From an uncultured Acidobacteriota bacterium (lineage in GTDB: Bacteria > Acidobacteriota > UBA6911), in contig CAWJKZ010000013.1 in assembly GCA_963843575.1 (NCBI GenBank), positions 672,001 to 736,000 of the forward strand: 64,000 bases of DNA, written 5' to 3'. A program made the translations under genes and the position numbers. Below the pieces are notes generated by a model. The model saw nothing but the letters and a program-made list of their open reading frames with translations. It had not been told where the DNA came from and did no database searches. Within the stretch, counting starts at the first letter, position 1; the number at the start of each line of letters is the position of its first letter. This document shows positions 10,083 to 20,037 of the stretch, one piece after another.

Positions 10083-10817
10083 TCAGTGCCCAGGCTGCAT
10101 AAAGAACCAGTAGCCGATCAGCACAATCGTGTCATAAGCGGCGTGTGAGACGATGGGGGCGACCAAGCTCCGCCGGACGAGGTAGAGGATCCCGAAAAAG
10201 AGGCCCAACACCCCCGCGATCACAACCCCCTGCACGCCCTGCAGATAGTGCCCGGCGGCGAAGGCCGCGCTCCAGAGCGCAAGCCCCAGCCAAGCGCCGC
10301 CGAGGTGCTGTCGGAACCGGGTGAGAATGAAGGCGCGCTGCAGCTCTTCCTTGATGCCTCCGGCCGCGATGCCGGACAGCAGGAAAAGTGCCAGGTCCCG
10401 CGGCGTTCGTATCAGGTCGATGAGAGGGTTGCGGTCGATGTAAAACCCCGGCAAGAACCGACGGAACAGCTCCGACACGAGCGCGTTGGTCAGGAAGAAG
10501 GCTGGAAGAATGGCGAGCCCGATGAGGGCGTTTGCCCCCCAACGCCTCCCGTTGAGACCCAGGTCAGAGAATCCTTCGCCGTGCGCCTTGAGCAGCGCGA
10601 GCAGGAAGACCATCGTGATGGAGGCTTCGAGCAGGATGAAGGCCGCGATCAGCCGGGCGTCGTGCTGCAGCGCCGGCCCCCCCTTCCGGAGGGAGAAGGG
10701 CAGCGCGGCGAAAAAACTCGAAACCACGCCGGAAACCAGCAGTATCTCGAGGAGCGCCTGGGCCCGGTCGAGCCAGCTGCTGCGCGGAGCGACTTCGACC
10801 GGAGGCGATTCATCCAT
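10083..10817 (-). CDS. CPBP family (CAAX/Abi) intramembrane metalloprotease
   Basis: EELQRAF, FAAGHYLQG, SHAAYD motifs; multiple transmembrane segments. Confidence 0.9.
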   Translation of the reverse strand: MDESPPVEVAPRSSWLDRAQALLEILLVSGVVSSFFAALPFSLRKGGPALQHDARLIAAFILLEASITMVFLLALLKAHGEGFSDLGLNGRRWGANALIGLAILPAFFLTNALVSELFRRFLPGFYIDRNPLIDLIRTPRDLALFLLSGIAAGGIKEELQRAFILTRFRQHLGGAWLGLALWSAAFAAGHYLQGVQGVVIAGVLGLFFGILYLVRRSLVAPIVSHAAYDTIVLIGYWFFMQPGH

Positions 10818-10886
10818 CGCTAGACCCTATCAGCAGCCCCCATGGCCAGTCAAGTAACGGCGCCGCGCCGAATTGCGGGATGCGAC

Positions 10887-10921
10887 AGCCGCCGCACTTC
10901 CGCATCAACCGTTGGACAGCC
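10887..10921. repeat. Partial copy of the REP/MITE-like repeats (AGCCGCCGCACT plus TCAACCGTTGGACAGCC)
   Basis: Matches 4441-4455, 17530-17544 and 40883-40899. Confidence 0.6.
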
Positions 10922-10969
10922 CTTTCTGCCCCGGGCAGGCGGTATTCGGGACTCGATTGCGGCTGTTTT

Positions 10970-10984
10970 CCCGTATAATACGGG
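10970..10984 (+). promoter_or_regulatory. Palindrome CCCGTA-TAA-TACGGG containing a TATAAT -10 box
   Basis: Seen directly upstream of the CDS at 11069. Confidence 0.4.
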
Positions 10985-11068
10985 ATGTAATGTGTTTGAA
11001 CCCTCCGCCGACGGGGCGCGTCTACTCTTGTGATCGAGGAGATTTCTACCTGGAATCCGGAGTTTGAG

Positions 11069-11737
11069 ATGACAAACGCAGGCCCTTGGGGGCTCATATT
11101 TCTTCTGGTGATGCTGGCCGTTCCCGCCCCGGCGGGAGCGCAGGGCAGTGCCGATATGACGCTGCCCGAGGGAACCCGCATCGTGCTCCAGCTCAACGAT
11201 TATCTGAGCACGAAGCTCAGCACGGAAGGCGACCGTTTCACCGCCACCGTCATCGTTCCGGTCTACCAGGGCGATCACCTCGTCGTTCCCAAGGGAAGTA
11301 CAATCAGCGGAAGTATTTCGCGCATAGTGCGCCCGGGCCGTTTCAAGGGTAAGGCGGTGATGAACCTGCTCTTCCAGAGCGTTCGGATTCCGGGTAAAGG
11401 ACAGTACCCGATCGTCGCCTCGCTGGCGAGTGTAGAGGCCGAAGGGCACACCGGCGTGCGTGCCGAAAGTACGGTCGAGGGGGACGGGTCGCTGGGTCGG
11501 GACGCGGGACGGGTATTGAGGCCGGGGTTGGCCGGTGCCGGCATCGGCGGGCTCGCGGGCGGCGGCAAAGGAGCCGCCATCGGCAGCGGCGTCGGCGCCG
11601 CGGTCGGGCTGGCTACCGTATTCGCCACGCGCGGCAAGGAACTCGAGGTGCGCCGCGGTTCCACCATGGAAATCGCCCTGGACCGCCCGTTGAGCGTGGC
11701 TCCGGACATCGAGAACAGCGTAGGCCGGACCCGCTGA
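11069..11737 (+). CDS. Exported TrbI/VirB10-like protein with a glycine zipper
   Basis: Signal peptide, LPEGTRIVLQL...STK...GDRFTA, GAGIGGLAGGGKGAAIG glycine zipper. Confidence 0.7.
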   Translation: MTNAGPWGLIFLLVMLAVPAPAGAQGSADMTLPEGTRIVLQLNDYLSTKLSTEGDRFTATVIVPVYQGDHLVVPKGSTISGSISRIVRPGRFKGKAVMNLLFQSVRIPGKGQYPIVASLASVEAEGHTGVRAESTVEGDGSLGRDAGRVLRPGLAGAGIGGLAGGGKGAAIGSGVGAAVGLATVFATRGKELEVRRGSTMEIALDRPLSVAPDIENSVGRTR

Positions 11738-11743
11738 TCCTGA

Positions 11744-13018
11744 TCATCCTTCCTTCTGTATCCGTTCCATGCCGTCCATATACGGACGCAGTGCCTCGGG
11801 AATCACGACGCTGCCGTCGCCCTGCTGGCAGTTCTCGAGGACGGCCACCCATGTGCGGCCGATGGCGAGGCCGGAACCGTTCAACGTGTGAACAAATCCC
11901 CGCTTCCCTTCTCCCCGATAACGGATGTTGGCCCTGCGGGCCTGGAAGGCCTCGAAGTTGCTGCAGGAGGAGATCTCCCGGAACCGGTTCTGGCTGGGAA
12001 GCCAGACCTCGATGTCATAGGTCTTCGCGCTCGAAAAGCCCATGTCTGCGGTGCACAGCACGACCACCCGGTAGTGCAGTCCCAGACGCTGCAGGATGTC
12101 TTCCGCGTCTCGGGTCAGCGCCTCCAGCTCGTCGTAGGACGTGGCTGGGTCGGTGAACTTCACCAGCTCCACCTTGTTGAACTGGTGCTGTCGGATCAGG
12201 CCGCGGGTGTCCTTCCCGTACGAGCCTGCCTCGCTGCGGAAACAGGGGGTGTAGGCGACAAACTTCCGCGGTAGCGATGCTGCTTCGAGCACCTCTCCCT
12301 GGTAGATGTTCGTTACGGGAACTTCCGCCGTGGGAATGAGATAGTAGTCGGTACCCTCGATTTTGAAGAGGTCCTCCGCGAACTTGGGCAGGTTGCCGGT
12401 GCCGAACAGGCTGGTGCTGTTGGCCATGAACGGGGGAAGGACCTCTTTATACCCGTGGGCCCGCGTGTGGACGTCGAGCATGAAATTGATCAGGGCGCGT
12501 TCCATGCGGGCCCCGGCCCCTGCGAGCAGCGAAAAACGGGCGCCCGTGATTTTTGCCGCGCGGTCCATGTCCAGTATCCCGAGCGTGGTCCCCAGGTCGA
12601 CGTGATCGAGGGGGGCGAAATCAAAGTGCGGTGGTTCTCCCCAGCGCCGCACTTCGAGGTTGGCTGTCTCGTCAGCGCCGACCGGGACCGATGCGTGCGG
12701 CAGGTTGGGTATGCCGTGCAGCAAGGCGTTGAGCCGCTCCTCGGCCTGATGCATCCCCTCCTCGGCGGCCTTGATCTCGGACGAGACTTCCTTCACCTGC
12801 GCCTGCTCGGCGGCGGTGTCGCGGCCCTCCCTCCTGAACCGCCCTATCTGCTCGGATGACTGGTTTCGACGCCGGCGCAGCTCCTCTACCTTCTGGTTGA
12901 GCCTCTTCCACTCGCCGTCGAGCGTGACCAGCTCTTCAACCGCGTAGTTGCCGCCGCGGGCGGAGAGGCGCTCCCGCACAAGGTCCAGGTTTTCTCTGAC
13001 GAAGTTCTTGTCGAGCAT
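11744..13018 (-). CDS. serS: Serine--tRNA ligase
   Basis: [51 protein letters not shown]. Confidence 0.98.
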   Translation of the reverse strand: MLDKNFVRENLDLVRERLSARGGNYAVEELVTLDGEWKRLNQKVEELRRRRNQSSEQIGRFRREGRDTAAEQAQVKEVSSEIKAAEEGMHQAEERLNALLHGIPNLPHASVPVGADETANLEVRRWGEPPHFDFAPLDHVDLGTTLGILDMDRAAKITGARFSLLAGAGARMERALINFMLDVHTRAHGYKEVLPPFMANSTSLFGTGNLPKFAEDLFKIEGTDYYLIPTAEVPVTNIYQGEVLEAASLPRKFVAYTPCFRSEAGSYGKDTRGLIRQHQFNKVELVKFTDPATSYDELEALTRDAEDILQRLGLHYRVVVLCTADMGFSSAKTYDIEVWLPSQNRFREISSCSNFEAFQARRANIRYRGEGKRGFVHTLNGSGLAIGRTWVAVLENCQQGDGSVVIPEALRPYMDGMERIQKEG

Positions 13019-13072
13019 GGCGATTCCGTTCCGTTGTTTCCGCGTTTGACGACGACTGCGCGCGATCGTTCC

Positions 13073-13100
13073 ATCGTAAAGGGTAATTCGACATTGTCAA
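13073..13100 (-). promoter_or_regulatory. Sigma-70 promoter of serS
   Basis: TTGACA-N16-TACGAT on the minus strand. Confidence 0.6.
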
Positions 13101-13302
13101 GCGGCGCACTTCGTTCAGGCAGGCGCGCTCGACCACACGAATCCCGCGACGGTGCCGTCGGGTCGTCTCACAACGCCGGGCTGCGTCGGGCCGCCGCGGC
13201 CCCGTCATCTTGTCCATTGACTTTCGCGGACTCCGTTGTTTCAATCCCATGCGGGGATTTCGGTTGCAGACAGTTCACGTCGAATGCCAGAAGGTGAGGG
13301 GA

Positions 13303-14199
13303 ATGGCTCGAATTCAGATGGCGGTGTTTCCCGCAGCAGGCCTTGGTACCAGGTTCTTGCCGGCGACGAAGGCCCAACCCAAGGAGATGCTCCCGCTCGT
13401 CGACAAGCCGATCATCCAGTACGCGGTCGAAGAGGCCGTCATGTCCGGGCTGGAAAACCTCGTCATCATCACCGGGAGGGGCAAGAACGCCATCGAAGAC
13501 CACTTCGACGTGTCGTTCGAGCTCGAGAAGATACTGGAGGAACGCGGCAAGTCGGAGCTGTTGAGTCTCGTGCGCGCCGTGTCGGACATGGTGCACGTGG
13601 CCTATGTCCGTCAGAAAGAGGCACTCGGGCTTGGCCACGCGATCCTGGTGGCGCGGGACCTCGTGCGCGACGAACCCTTTGCCGTCCTTCTGGGCGACGA
13701 CGTCGTCGAGGCGGAAGTGCCGTGCATCCGACAGATGATCGACGTTTACGAGAAATATCACACCAGCGTCGTCGCCATCATGGAGGTTCCACCCGAAGAG
13801 GTGAAACGCTACGGCGTAATCCGGGCAAAACCACTCCCGGGCGGCGAAGAAGGGAGGCTTTTCGAAATCGAGGACATGGTGGAGAAGCCGGCCGTCGGGT
13901 CGGCCCCCTCGAACCTGGCGATCATCGGCCGCTACATCCTCACGCCCGGTGTTTTCGAGGCTCTCTCGGCCACGAATCGCGGGAGCGGCGGGGAGATTCA
14001 GCTGACGGACGGGCTTCGGCGACTGCTGGAGAAGGAGCGCATACTCGCCTACCGGTTTCGGGGCAAGCGGCACGACGCCGGAGAAAAGCTCGGGTTCCTC
14101 CAGGCGACCGTCGAGTTTGCGCTGAAGAACGAAGAGCTGGGCCCAGCGTTTCGCAACTATCTGAAATCGCTCAACCTCAACGACGCTCCCAAGGAGTGA
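13303..14199 (+). CDS. galU: UTP--glucose-1-phosphate uridylyltransferase
   Basis: AVFPAAGLGTRFLPATKAQPKEMLP, LGLGHA, VEKP, GEIQLTD. Confidence 0.97.
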   Translation: MARIQMAVFPAAGLGTRFLPATKAQPKEMLPLVDKPIIQYAVEEAVMSGLENLVIITGRGKNAIEDHFDVSFELEKILEERGKSELLSLVRAVSDMVHVAYVRQKEALGLGHAILVARDLVRDEPFAVLLGDDVVEAEVPCIRQMIDVYEKYHTSVVAIMEVPPEEVKRYGVIRAKPLPGGEEGRLFEIEDMVEKPAVGSAPSNLAIIGRYILTPGVFEALSATNRGSGGEIQLTDGLRRLLEKERILAYRFRGKRHDAGEKLGFLQATVEFALKNEELGPAFRNYLKSLNLNDAPKE

Positions 14200-14203
14200 G
14201 ACG

Positions 14204-15496
14204 ATGCGCATACTGGTGATCGGGTCAGGCGGCCGGGAACACGCACTGGTATGGAAGCTGAAACAGAGCGGCATAGCCACGGCGCTGTTCTGCGCCCCGG
14301 GCAACGGGGGGATCGCGCGGCATGCCCGGTGCCTGGCGGCGCTGCCGCACGACTCGGCCGCGGTCCTGTCGCTCGTCCGCGAGCACAGGATCGACATGGT
14401 CGTCGTGGGTCCGGAGGTTCCTCTGGCCGGCGGTCTCGTGGACAGGCTGGCAGAGGCTGGCGTGCCCGCGCTCGGCCCGAGCGCCCAGGCGGCGCGGCTG
14501 GAGTCGAGCAAGGTATTCGCCAAGGAGTTCATGGCTCGGCACCGGATCCCGACCGCCGGTTTCAGCGTCCACGACACCGCCGAGTCGGCCCACGCGCGGC
14601 TGGAGTCCGCGGAAACGAGATATCCCGTCGTGGTCAAAGCCGACGGCCTGGCCGCCGGGAAAGGCGTCGTGGTGGCGCGCGACCGGGAGGAGGCGCGTGA
14701 CGCCGTGCGACGCATGCTCGTGGAGCGCGAGTTCGGTCCCGCCGGCGACCGAGTCATCCTCGAGGATTTTCTCGCAGGCACCGAGGCCTCCTACATCGTC
14801 TTCACCGACGGCGACACGGTCATCCCGGCCGTGGCGGCCCGGGATCACAAGGCTGCGTTCGACGGGGACACCGGCCCGAACACGGGGGGCATGGGCGCTT
14901 ACTCCTGCGATACGATCCTCGCCCCCGGCCTCGAACAGACCATCCTGGAAACCGTCGTCCGGCCCACGATCGACGGCATGCGCGCAGAGGGAGCGCCTTT
15001 CCGGGGGATGCTCTACACCGGGCTGATGCTCACCGGTTCGGGTCCCAGCGTCCTGGAATTCAACGTGCGAATGGGCGACCCGGAAGGGCAGGTCATCCTG
15101 CCGCGGCTCGAGAGCGATTTCGCCCTGCTGTGCCAGGCCGTGTGCGGCCGCACCCTGAAGGATTACTCCGCAAAATGGCGCAGCGATGCGGCGATCTGCG
15201 TGGTGCTCGCATCCGGAGGCTACCCCGGCTCCTACTCCAAGGGGAAGGCGATCTCGGGGCTGTCGTTGGCCGAAGAGGATCCCCGGATTACCGTGTTTCA
15301 CGCCGGCACGCGCCGGGAAGGGGAGCGGATCCTGACCGACGGTGGTCGGGTCTTGGGCGTGACCGCCCACGCCCCCGATATTTCCGAGGCGATCATCGCG
15401 GCCTACGAGGCCGTGAACAAGATAGCGTTCGAAGGGATGCATTACCGCCGTGACATCGGCGCCAGGGCGGTACCCCAGGGTGGGACCCGTGCCTGA
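14204..15496 (+). CDS. purD: Phosphoribosylamine--glycine ligase
   Basis: GSGGREHA, KADGLAAGKGV, GPNTGGMGAY, EFNVRMGDPE. Confidence 0.98.
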   Translation: MRILVIGSGGREHALVWKLKQSGIATALFCAPGNGGIARHARCLAALPHDSAAVLSLVREHRIDMVVVGPEVPLAGGLVDRLAEAGVPALGPSAQAARLESSKVFAKEFMARHRIPTAGFSVHDTAESAHARLESAETRYPVVVKADGLAAGKGVVVARDREEARDAVRRMLVEREFGPAGDRVILEDFLAGTEASYIVFTDGDTVIPAVAARDHKAAFDGDTGPNTGGMGAYSCDTILAPGLEQTILETVVRPTIDGMRAEGAPFRGMLYTGLMLTGSGPSVLEFNVRMGDPEGQVILPRLESDFALLCQAVCGRTLKDYSAKWRSDAAICVVLASGGYPGSYSKGKAISGLSLAEEDPRITVFHAGTRREGERILTDGGRVLGVTAHAPDISEAIIAAYEAVNKIAFEGMHYRRDIGARAVPQGGTRA

Positions 15497-15538
15497 TGTC
15501 GACTTCTACGATGCAGTGAACATGCGAGGGAAATACAC

Positions 15539-16045
15539 GTGCTCAAACCAAAAGTGGCCGTCGTGCTCGGGAGTGAATCCGACCTCCCCGTCATCCACGA
15601 CATGCTGCAGGCTCTGAAGGATTTCGATGTGCCCCACGAGGTCACCGTGTCGAGCGCCCACCGCTCCCCCGAGCGGACCTACCGCTACGCCGCGACTCTG
15701 GAGGAACGTGGGGTGCAGGTCATCATCGCGTGCGCGGGCGCGGCCGCCCACCTGGCCGGCGTGCTGGCCGCCCACACGATCCTGCCCGTCATCGGAGTCC
15801 CCATCGACTCGTCCCCCCTGCACGGTTTCGACGCGCTCCTCTCCACGTCGATGATGCCGGCCGGCGTCCCCGTCGCGACCATGGGGATCGGCAAGGCCGG
15901 CGCCACCAACGCCGCCATCCTGGCCGTCCAGATCCTTGCCCGCAGCGACGCCGACCTCGCGCAGAAGATCAGGGAATACAAAAAAAAGCTCGCCGAACGC
16001 GTCGAGGAACGCGACCGCGAGCTGAAGAAGAAACGCGAGGCCTGA
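15539..16045 (+). CDS. purE: N5-CAIR mutase
   Basis: GSESD, SAHRSP, AGAAAHLAG, MPAGVPVAT. Confidence 0.97.
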   Translation: MLKPKVAVVLGSESDLPVIHDMLQALKDFDVPHEVTVSSAHRSPERTYRYAATLEERGVQVIIACAGAAAHLAGVLAAHTILPVIGVPIDSSPLHGFDALLSTSMMPAGVPVATMGIGKAGATNAAILAVQILARSDADLAQKIREYKKKLAERVEERDRELKKKREA

Positions 16046-16092
16046 CGCCCGGACGACGGATCACGCCCCCGCCCGGTCCTGTGAAGTGACGC

Positions 16093-17397
16093 ATGAACAG
16101 TAACACCAAGTTTTTCATCCAGACCTTCGGGTGTCGCTGCAACCAGGCCGACAGTTCGGGTATCCGCTACTCGCTTTGCGGCAAATCGCTCGAGGAAACG
16201 TACACGCCGGCCGAGGCGGACCTGCTCGTGGTCAACACCTGCACGGTCACCCGGCGGACGGACCAGCAGGTGCGGCAGGCGCTCCGCAAGCTGCACCGCG
16301 AAAACCCGGAGGCGCGCCTGGTCGTGACCGGTTGCTACGCCGAAAGGGATCCGGGGACCCTGGCCGCCATCCCCGGGGTGGCCCTGGTCGTCGGCAACGC
16401 AGACCGCGACCGGCTGGCGGAGGCCGCGTCGCACGGGACGATCCCGGACAAGGTGATGCATGGGGCGTTCGACGCTGCCCGTGATTTCCTCATCCCCAGT
16501 ATGTCGTCGACAGGGGGCAAGACGCGTCCGTTCATAAAGCTACAGGACGGGTGCGACGCCCGCTGCTCCTATTGCATCGTCCCCTCGGTGCGTGGCCCGG
16601 GACGCAGCGCACACCCGGATAGCGTCCTGGCCGAGGTCCGTGCCCTGGTCGGGAAGGGATACCAGGAAATCGTCCTGACCGGGATGCACCTGGGCACCTA
16701 CGGCAGGAAGCTGAGCGAGGCCGTGACGCTGCTCGACCTCCTGATGTGTCTCGTCGAAGTGCCCGGGCTGGGCCGGCTGCGGCTCAGCAGCATCGAGCCC
16801 ATGCACTTCGACCGGGGGATCGTCCGTCTGGCGGTCGAACACCCGCTGGTCGCAAGGCATTTCCACGTCCCGCTGCAGAGCGGAAGCGACCGCATCCTGC
16901 GCCGCATGCGGAGGCCCTACACCGCCGCGCGTTTCCGCAGCCTGATCGAGCATATCCGGGACCGCATCCCGGCGGCCGCGCTGGGCACCGACGTGCTGGT
17001 CGGGTTCCCTGGCGAAACCGAGGACGATTTCGAGCAGACCTGCGCGGTCGTCCGCGACTCCCCCCTGACCTATCTGCACGTCTTCCCGTTCTCGGCACGC
17101 GCGGGAACCGTCGCGTTCAACCTCCCCGACCAGGTGCCGGCCCCGGTTGTGCAGGAGCGCGCCCGGACGCTGCGCGAACTCTCCCTCGACAAGAACCTGG
17201 CGTTCCGACGCGGCTTCCTCGGCCGGGTACTACCCGCGCTCACCCTCGCGCGCGAGGAGGAGCTCGGCGAATGCGTGGTCCTGACCGACAATTACATACA
17301 CGCGCGCGTCCGTGCGCACGAACGGCTCCCCAACAGCCTTGTTGAGGTCAGGATCGACGAGGCGCGCCGCGACGGCACCCGCGCGTCGCTCCTCTGA
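16093..17397 (+). CDS. mtaB: tRNA t6A37 methylthiotransferase (radical SAM)
   Basis: TFGCRCNQADS, NTCTVT, KLQDGCDARCSYC, LHVFPFS. Confidence 0.9.
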   Translation: MNSNTKFFIQTFGCRCNQADSSGIRYSLCGKSLEETYTPAEADLLVVNTCTVTRRTDQQVRQALRKLHRENPEARLVVTGCYAERDPGTLAAIPGVALVVGNADRDRLAEAASHGTIPDKVMHGAFDAARDFLIPSMSSTGGKTRPFIKLQDGCDARCSYCIVPSVRGPGRSAHPDSVLAEVRALVGKGYQEIVLTGMHLGTYGRKLSEAVTLLDLLMCLVEVPGLGRLRLSSIEPMHFDRGIVRLAVEHPLVARHFHVPLQSGSDRILRRMRRPYTAARFRSLIEHIRDRIPAAALGTDVLVGFPGETEDDFEQTCAVVRDSPLTYLHVFPFSARAGTVAFNLPDQVPAPVVQERARTLRELSLDKNLAFRRGFLGRVLPALTLAREEELGECVVLTDNYIHARVRAHERLPNSLVEVRIDEARRDGTRASLL

Positions 17398-17438
17398 CCG
17401 GCACCCGCCGTGCCGCCTCGAAATGCAACCGCGGAATT

Positions 17439-17544
17439 TGGAGTGCGGCGCCTTGGCGCCATGCCGGATGGCGGTGTTGCAGGATCGAAGCGCTGCGGCG
17501 CCGCAACCAAAGCGGCGTCCAGCCAGTCCAGCCGCCGCACTCCA
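17439..17544. repeat. REP-like inverted repeat element (TGGAGTGCGGCG...CGCCGCACTCCA) between convergent mtaB and acpS
   Basis: 12-bp terminal inverted repeat; 22/23 identity of the left arm with the reverse complement of 41029-41051. Confidence 0.75.
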
Positions 17545-17570
17545 GAGGACGCCATCCCCCGAGCCGCGAT

Positions 17571-17948
17571 TCACGTTTCCAGGATCACGACCGCGACGGC
17601 CGAATCCTCCCCGTGCGACAGGCTCACGTGCGCGGTGCGCACCTGGAGCGACGCGGCGCGGTTGCTGGCCTCGCCCGCGAGCGAGAGCGACGGGACTCCT
17701 TCCGGGCTGCGCCGCACCTCGACGTCGTGCCATGTCACACCCTTGGCCCACCCGGTGCCCAGCGCCTTGAAGAGCGCCTCCTTCGCGGCGAAGCGCGCCG
17801 CATAGTGCGGCGCGGGATCGCGGTGGGCCCGGCAGTACTCCTGCTCGTCCGCCGTGAAGACGCGCCGAAGGAAGCGGTCTCCCTGCCGGTCGAGTACCGA
17901 CCGGATCCTGCGGATTTCCACGATGTCTATCCCTGTCCCGACGATCAT
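17571..17948 (-). CDS. acpS: Holo-ACP synthase
   Basis: MIVGTGIDIVE, AARFAAKEALFKALGTG, VSLSH. Confidence 0.97.
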   Translation of the reverse strand: MIVGTGIDIVEIRRIRSVLDRQGDRFLRRVFTADEQEYCRAHRDPAPHYAARFAAKEALFKALGTGWAKGVTWHDVEVRRSPEGVPSLSLAGEASNRAASLQVRTAHVSLSHGEDSAVAVVILET

Positions 17949-18000
17949 CTCCGGCTCCGGCGCATTGACATGACGGGCAGGCACGTCCCACTATCTGAAG

Positions 18001-18819
18001 ATGAGCGACCGCGGGTTCGTCCGCCGGGAGGTGGACGGCATCCCCTTTTACGTGTGCCGCGCCCTGGAGAGTGTGACGGGACTGCGCCACTGTTTTACCA
18101 CGCGCTCCGGCGGGGTCAGCGCCCTGCCGGTGGGCGCGCTCAACCTCAGCTACGTCGGCTGGGACTCGGCTGCCGCGGTCGACGAAAACCGGCACCGCCT
18201 CATGTCGGCGTTGAGGCTCCGGTCGATGCCCCTGGCCACCTTGTCCCAAGTCCATTCGGATCAGGTCCATATCATAGAGGAAATGCCTGACCAAGGGAAA
18301 GACCGGCCCAGGGCGGACGCCGTCGCGACATGGTTGTACGGGATCGCCCTGGCGGTTCAGGTCGCGGACTGCTTCCCGCTCCTCATTGCGCATCGGGCTG
18401 GCGCGGCCATCGCCGCCGTGCACGCCGGGTGGCGCGGTTCGGTCGAACGGATCGCCGCAAAGACGGTCGCGGTGCTGGAGTCGCACTGCGGGGCAAAGCC
18501 CGCGGAATTACTGGCGGCAATCGGGCCGGGCATCCGGGGCTGCTGCTTCGAGGTGGGCCCCGAGGTCTCGGCCCGGTTCGAGGAACAGTACCCCGGCGCG
18601 CCGCTGCAGAGGCCGAACCCCGCGAACCCGTCCCGCGCGCTTCTCGACCTGCCCGCGGCTCTCCGGCTTCAGCTGGCCGAGGCCGGTGTCCGGACGGCTC
18701 ACATCTTCGACGCGGGCCTCTGCACAAAGTGCAACGGCGGCGAGTTCTTCTCGCACCGCGGCGAGGGACCGCACTGCGGCCGCCTCATGGCGGTCATCGC
18801 CAGACAGGGGCAAGCCTAG
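18001..18819 (+). CDS. pgeF: Peptidoglycan editing factor PgeF (YfiH family)
   Basis: FTTRSGGVS, QVHS, ADCFP, HAGWRG, IGPGI, FFSHR. Confidence 0.93.
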   Translation: MSDRGFVRREVDGIPFYVCRALESVTGLRHCFTTRSGGVSALPVGALNLSYVGWDSAAAVDENRHRLMSALRLRSMPLATLSQVHSDQVHIIEEMPDQGKDRPRADAVATWLYGIALAVQVADCFPLLIAHRAGAAIAAVHAGWRGSVERIAAKTVAVLESHCGAKPAELLAAIGPGIRGCCFEVGPEVSARFEEQYPGAPLQRPNPANPSRALLDLPAALRLQLAEAGVRTAHIFDAGLCTKCNGGEFFSHRGEGPHCGRLMAVIARQGQA

Positions 18820-19906
18820 TCCCGCCTGCGGGGAGATCTGGGAGGCGGCTGCGCCGGCGTCGCCCCGCGGCTGTTCGCGGCCGGCGAGCATGCCGCACGC
18901 CGCCGAAACATCGTCCCCGCGCGGCCGGCGGATGTAGGCGGTGATGTGGTGCTCGAGCAGGATTTTCTGAAACGCCAGGATGCGCTCCTCGCCCGGCGTT
19001 TTCAGCGGGACCCACGGATCGGCGTTCAGCGGGATGAGGTTCACCTTCTGCTTCATCCCGCGGAGCAGCCGCACGAGCCGGAGCGCGTCCGCGTCGCTGT
19101 CGTTCATCCCCGCGATCAGGACGTACTCGAATGTGATGCGACGCCTGCGCTCGAGCGGGAAGTCCCGGCAGGCCTGCATCAGGGTCGCGATGTTCCACTT
19201 GCGGTTGATCGGGATCAGGATGTCGCGGACTTCGTCGGTGGTGGCGTTCAGCGAAACGGCCAGGTTCGGGATCACCGTTTCCGCCGCGAGGCGCTGCAGC
19301 CCGGGGACCACCCCGGAGGTCGACAGCGTGATGCGGCGCGGCGAGAGGGACATACCCTCTTTGTCCGCCATGAGGCGGATGGCGCGCATCACGTTTTCGT
19401 AGTTGTGCATCGGCTCGCCCATCCCCATGATCACGACGTTCAGGCGCTTGGGCAGGGTGCCCCGGTCGGCTTGCAGGGCCAGCACCTGCCCGACGATCTC
19501 GCCCGCCGACAGGTTGCGGCGCATCGGAAGTTTCCCGGTGACGCAGAACAGGCACTCGACCGCGCAGCCCACCTGGGTCGAAATGCAGAAGGTGTCGCGG
19601 CGCTCCTCCGGGATGAAGACCGATTCGATCTTCTGACCCGGGGAGACGTCGAACAGGTAACGGCGAGTCCCATCCGCCGAAACGAAGACGCGCTCGACCG
19701 TGGGGTAGGCGATCGAGTACGCCGTCGGCCAGCTTCAGCCGCAAGCCCTTCCCCAGGTCCGTAAAGGCGTTCCACGAGGCGAGCCCGCGACGGTAGATAC
19801 CGGCATAGATCTGCCGCGCGCGGTATGCGGGTTCGCCCAGTCCGGCCGCGACGGCGACGATGTCGTCCAGGGTCGCGCCGACCAGGTTGGTTTTGGCGTC
19901 GGTCAT
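18816..19906 (-). CDS. rlmN: 23S rRNA/tRNA m2A methyltransferase RlmN; frameshift near 19720, 3' end uncertain
   Basis: N-terminus MTDAKTNLVG...YRARQI joins, after a frameshift, CISTQVGCAVECLFC, MGMGEP, VNLIP, RGDDVSAACG. Confidence 0.92.
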
Positions 19907-19991
19907 AGGTCGAAAAGGGCGCCACTGGCGCCCATGAGCGACAGCATAACATTTCCCCGCGCCGCGCGCAGGTTGCGGGTCACCGCCGCCT

Positions 19992-20007
19992 GTGGTAGTA
20001 ATACCAC
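19992..20007. promoter_or_regulatory. Palindrome GTGGTA-GTAA-TACCAC between divergent rlmN and the M16 peptidase gene
   Basis: 6-bp perfect dyad in an AT-rich patch. Confidence 0.35.
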
Positions 20008-20037
20008 TGAATACGGTCGCGGAGCTCTGGGGCCCGG

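Noticed and set aside
18508-18819. RlmN C-terminal extension overlapping pgeF by about 300 bp
   Set aside because: Probably read-through caused by an indel near 18820-18880; a TAG is available in another frame at the pgeF boundary.
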